From: an uncultured delta proteobacterium
Lineage (GTDB): Bacteria > Desulfobacterota > Syntrophia > Syntrophales > Smithellaceae
Reading direction: 5' to 3'
Assembly (NCBI GenBank): GCA_963753975.1
Contig: CAVWEH010000004.1
Location: 256,001 to 320,000, forward strand
Length of the DNA stretch: 64,000 bases
Each line of letters opens with the position of its first letter. The first letter of the stretch is position 1. The notes under the pieces were generated by a model that worked only from the letters and a program-made list of their open reading frames with translations, did no database searches and was not told the origin of the DNA. Shown piece after piece: positions 60,618 through 64,000 of the stretch. The position numbers and the translations under genes were made by a program.

Positions 60618-61856
60618 ATGATTACCGTGGAAAAAGCTTTACAGTCAATCTTCTTGAATTTTCACCCGTTAGGTTTGGAAAAAGTAAATATCCTGGATGC
60701 CCGGGAGCGAGTAATAGGTGAAGATGTTTTTGCCACACGTAATATTCCTCCCGCCGACAATTCAGCAATGGATGGCTATGCGGTGCGGCATATCGATACT
60801 AAAGGCGCAACCAGGGTAAACCCGCTCCGACTCCAAGTTATTGAAGAGATACCGACAGGTAAAGTGCCACAAAAAAGTTTAAAAAAAGGCGCAGCTTCCC
60901 GCATCATGACCGGAGCAATAATCCCCGGCGCTGCCGATGCCGTTGTCCGCCAAGAAGACACAAAAAAAATCGGCAAAACGGTTATAATCTATACTTCAGT
61001 CAAAGAAGGCCAGGATATTCGCTTGACCGGCGAAGATGTGCAAAAAGAAGAGCTCGTTATTTCTCAAGGAAATGTTGTTAGTCCGGCACAAATAGGAATG
61101 CTTGCTTCGTTGGGAAGGCCATTTGTGAGCGTGTATCAGAAGCCGCGCGTAGCGATCCTAGCAACAGGTGACGAACTCGTAGACATCGAAAATGATCCGC
61201 CGCCCGCAAAAATCGTCAACAGTAACAGCTACTCTTTAGCGGCCCAGGTTATGGAGTGCGGCGCAATTCCCTTAATATTGGGAATTGTCCGGGATAAAAA
61301 ATCCGAACTTCACGAAAAATTTAAAACTGCGCTCGCTGCTGATTTGATTATTTCTTCCGGAGGCGTTTCGGTCGGTGATTTTGATTTTGTCAAGGATATA
61401 TTGGGAGAAATAGGTAACACCATGCATTTCTGGCAAGTGGCCATGAGGCCGGGCAAGCCTTTGGCTTTCGGCGCAATCAAGGGTATTCCCCTGTTCGGTT
61501 TGCCGGGAAATCCCGTATCCGCAATGGTGTCATTTGAACAATTTGTACGTCCGTATCTTTTAAAAATGCAGGGACATACAAAAATATTCCGCCAAACTAT
61601 AAAGGCTGTGAGCAACCAGGAAATCAGGAAAGAAGCGGGGGTTAAGCATTTCATTCGTGCCATTGTTAAAAAAAAGAAAAACCAATACATGGCTGCCATA
61701 ACCGGAGATCAAGGATCCGGCATTTTGAAATCAATGGTTTTAGCCAATGCTTTAATTGTTTTAAAAGAAAACGAGACCAAAGTTAAAAAAGGCGATCCGG
61801 TAACAGTCCAATTATTGGATGACTCTTTAACCAAGACAGAGTTTTTCCCGTTGTAG
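60618..61856 (+). CDS. moeA: Molybdopterin molybdenumtransferase
   Basis: SAMDGYAV, TGDEL, SGGVSVGDFD, MRPGKP, GLPGNPVS. Confidence 0.96.
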   Translation: MITVEKALQSIFLNFHPLGLEKVNILDARERVIGEDVFATRNIPPADNSAMDGYAVRHIDTKGATRVNPLRLQVIEEIPTGKVPQKSLKKGAASRIMTGAIIPGAADAVVRQEDTKKIGKTVIIYTSVKEGQDIRLTGEDVQKEELVISQGNVVSPAQIGMLASLGRPFVSVYQKPRVAILATGDELVDIENDPPPAKIVNSNSYSLAAQVMECGAIPLILGIVRDKKSELHEKFKTALAADLIISSGGVSVGDFDFVKDILGEIGNTMHFWQVAMRPGKPLAFGAIKGIPLFGLPGNPVSAMVSFEQFVRPYLLKMQGHTKIFRQTIKAVSNQEIRKEAGVKHFIRAIVKKKKNQYMAAITGDQGSGILKSMVLANALIVLKENETKVKKGDPVTVQLLDDSLTKTEFFPL

Positions 61857-61906
61857 AAAATACAGGCCAATGTCGGAAAATATTACTTTTTTATCCTTTT
61901 TTGAAA

Positions 61907-61935
61907 TTGACACACGGACAAATATCCTTTAGAAT
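61907..61935 (+). promoter_or_regulatory. sigma70 promoter of selC
   Basis: TTGACA-17 bp-TAGAAT, 7 nt before the tRNA. Confidence 0.75.
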
Positions 61936-61942
61936 TTTCCAT

Positions 61943-62040
61943 GGAAGTGCCCAGGTCACTGGTGGGCCTCCTGGACTTCAAATCCAGTGTGGGGCGCTAG
62001 AACCGTCCCGGGTGGGTTCGATTCCCATGCACTTCCGCCA
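61943..62040 (+). tRNA. selC: tRNA-Sec(TCA)
   Basis: 8-bp acceptor GGAAGTGC/GCACTTCC + GCCA, anticodon arm CTGGA-CT-TCA-AA-TCCAG, long variable arm. Confidence 0.95.
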
Positions 62041-62124
62041 TGCATATCTCAGGATTAATATTCACCGGCAATTTAACTCCGCTGTAAAGCAACAACTGCT
62101 GCAATTAATTAAACAGATACAGAC

Positions 62125-62153
62125 TTGACAGAAATGTTAATTAAATCTATAAT
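62125..62153 (+). promoter_or_regulatory. Consensus sigma70 promoter of the DsbC-like operon
   Basis: TTGACA-17 bp-TATAAT, perfect consensus. Confidence 0.8.
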
Positions 62154-62182
62154 TAATCTAGTTCTTAAGGGGGTATAAATTA

Positions 62183-62881
62183 ATGAAAAAATTAGTTTTA
62201 GTTGTCGGATGTCTTCTTCTCATTCTTCCCGTTTGCGCCGGCGCAAAAAAGCTTACTGTCGAAGAAAAGTTTCAGAAGAGTTTCCCCAAAAACAACTTTG
62301 AAAGCATAAAACCTACCTCCATCAAGGGGGTATACGAAATTTACACCGGCAATCAGATTTACTACTTTATGCCGGAAGCGGATGTTATTATTTACGGCGA
62401 TATAATTTCCAAAGACGGAGTAAATATCACGCGGGAGAGTAATTTAAAAAAGATGACGGCAAAAATGGCCAATCTGCCATTGGACAGCGCCTTAAAAATC
62501 GGCAATGGAAAAACCACCGTTATAGAATTCATGGATCCCGACTGCCATTACTGTCGGCAGGCTTACAATTTTTTCTCTACGCGCCAAGACGTAACCATTT
62601 ATATTTTCTTTTTCCCTCTATCTCAGGCATCCGAAAGAAAAATCAGGCATATCTTATGCGCCCCGGACAAATTAAAGATGTTTGAAGATGTTATGATGGG
62701 GAAATTTGACAATAATACCCCTCTTAATATTTGTAACGATAAAAAAGTGGATGAAATCATCAGAACACACATGCGCCTAGATTCACAAATAGGAATCAGA
62801 GCAACTCCTTTATTTTTTATCAAAGGACAGCTAGTTAATGGTTTTGAAGTTGGCACAATCGAAAAACTTTTAAAAGATTAA
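62183..62881 (+). CDS. DsbC-family thiol:disulfide interchange protein
   Basis: Signal peptide, dimerisation domain, FMDPDCHYC, GIRATP. Confidence 0.9.
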   Translation: MKKLVLVVGCLLLILPVCAGAKKLTVEEKFQKSFPKNNFESIKPTSIKGVYEIYTGNQIYYFMPEADVIIYGDIISKDGVNITRESNLKKMTAKMANLPLDSALKIGNGKTTVIEFMDPDCHYCRQAYNFFSTRQDVTIYIFFFPLSQASERKIRHILCAPDKLKMFEDVMMGKFDNNTPLNICNDKKVDEIIRTHMRLDSQIGIRATPLFFIKGQLVNGFEVGTIEKLLKD

Positions 62882-62883
62882 GG

Positions 62884-63153
62884 ATGTATTTTATAAAGCA
62901 GTCCTCGTCGGTTTTAATTAGTGTCACTGTTTTAGTGGGTTTTTCTGCCGGATTCGCTTTTGCTCAACCTGCAGCCAAAAGTTTGGTAGACAATGAATGC
63001 GCCGAATGCCATAACACAAAAAGAATTTATGGTGCCAATAAAAAAGCAGGCGAATGGGAAAAAACGGTTGACCGAATGATTAAAAAAGGCGCCCAGATTA
63101 AACCGGAAGAAAAAGACGCAGTTATTAAATATCTTAATACTTTGAATAAGTAA
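62884..63153 (+). CDS. Small periplasmic monoheme c-type cytochrome
   Basis: Signal peptide, CAECH heme motif, WEKTVDRM distal Met. Confidence 0.8.
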   Translation: MYFIKQSSSVLISVTVLVGFSAGFAFAQPAAKSLVDNECAECHNTKRIYGANKKAGEWEKTVDRMIKKGAQIKPEEKDAVIKYLNTLNK

Positions 63154-63201
63154 TTTTAGGCAGTTATAGTTTCCTCTATCTAAAAATAATTATCCTCAAG
63201 T

Positions 63202-64000
63202 TTAACGAATTTTTGCACCCGTTTGCGCTTCGCGATCAAACGTAAGAGCAGTAAGACCTTTGTCCGTATTGGCAGCCAAAAGCATGCCATGCGATTCTAT
63301 TCCCATTAATTGCACAGGTTTCAAATTGGCAACAATTACTATTTTTTTACCAATTAATTCTGAAGGAGAATAATCTTTGCCGATACCGGCAACAATAGTC
63401 CTTTCTTCGCCGATATCAACTTTCAACTTCAAAAGCTTATTCGATTTAGGAACGATCTCAGCCTCCAGGATTTTAGCAACGCGCAAATCGATCCTGGCAA
63501 ATTGCTCGTAATCAATCTCCTGTCCTAGATCGGCAAGAGACTCTCGCTTCGCCGTCTTGTGACTTTCTTTTTCTTTATCGATGCGCGGAAATAATGATTC
63601 ACCACGAATTAAAGCACTGCCGGCAGCTAATGTATTTCCTTTACGAATACTGGCCAAATCCGGCCGGTGAGATTCATCCACGCCAATCTGCCGTAAAATT
63701 TTCCCCGAGGCCTGCGGCATAAAAGGAGATATCAGGATGGCAATCGCCCGTAAGGCCGCAAGCAAATCATACATTATCGTCGCTAACTTTTCTTTATTTC
63801 CCGGATTCTTTTCCAAGGTCCACGGTTCATTTTCTACGATGTATTTATTGGTAACATTGATAAATTCCCAAATGGCAATCAAGGCTTTATGCAGGGACAT
63901 ATCATTAAAACAAGTTTCTACTTCAGAGAGTGCTTGGAGAGCGGCTCCATGCAGTACTGAATCTTTCTTTTTATGGTTTGTTTCCGGCACCTTACCATCA
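63202..64000 (-). CDS. metG: Methionyl-tRNA synthetase, C-terminal part (truncated by window edge)
   Basis: NKYIVENEPW, PFMP, LFPRI and tRNA-binding domain DLRVAKI...VANLKP...ESHGMLL. Confidence 0.95.
   Translation of the reverse strand, partial: DGKVPETNHKKKDSVLHGAALQALSEVETCFNDMSLHKALIAIWEFINVTNKYIVENEPWTLEKNPGNKEKLATIMYDLLAALRAIAILISPFMPQASGKILRQIGVDESHRPDLASIRKGNTLAAGSALIRGESLFPRIDKEKESHKTAKRESLADLGQEIDYEQFARIDLRVAKILEAEIVPKSNKLLKLKVDIGEERTIVAGIGKDYSPSELIGKKIVIVANLKPVQLMGIESHGMLLAANTDKGLTALTFDREAQTGAKIR

Noticed and set aside
41948..62040. Prophage or island integrated at tRNA-Glu or selC
   Set aside because: No duplicated tRNA 3' ends, integrase or phage genes seen

Overview
A 64-kb chromosomal window from an anaerobic deltaproteobacterium. 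A Syntrophales/Smithella-like origin is inferred from gene content, not proven. The right third is housekeeping: rlmD, rlmI, mannose-1-P guanylyltransferase, maf, yggS, uvrA, two SurA-like PPIases, mfd, moeA, selC, a DsbC-like gene and a partial metG. The left two thirds are an accessory patchwork of redox enzymes, transporters, hypothetical proteins, gene remnants and palindromic repeats. Highlights: (1) an AT-rich, tightly coupled three-gene operon DruA-like (DUF4338) - NurA - HerA at 14.8-19.0 kb, a candidate anti-phage system in a combination I do not recognise; (2) a secreted HMA/MerP-like selenoprotein missed by the ORF track (48386-48682, CxxU motif, SECIS-like hairpin 11 nt after UGA, with tRNA-Sec in the same window); (3) a family of modular hairpin repeats with compensatory stem changes, seen as dispersed clusters, inverted pairs, a 94-bp tandem array and an apparent insertion into a promoter; (4) five single-base-insertion frameshifts in four genes, which may be sequencing artefacts. 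No CRISPR array, transposase, integrase or rRNA was found.
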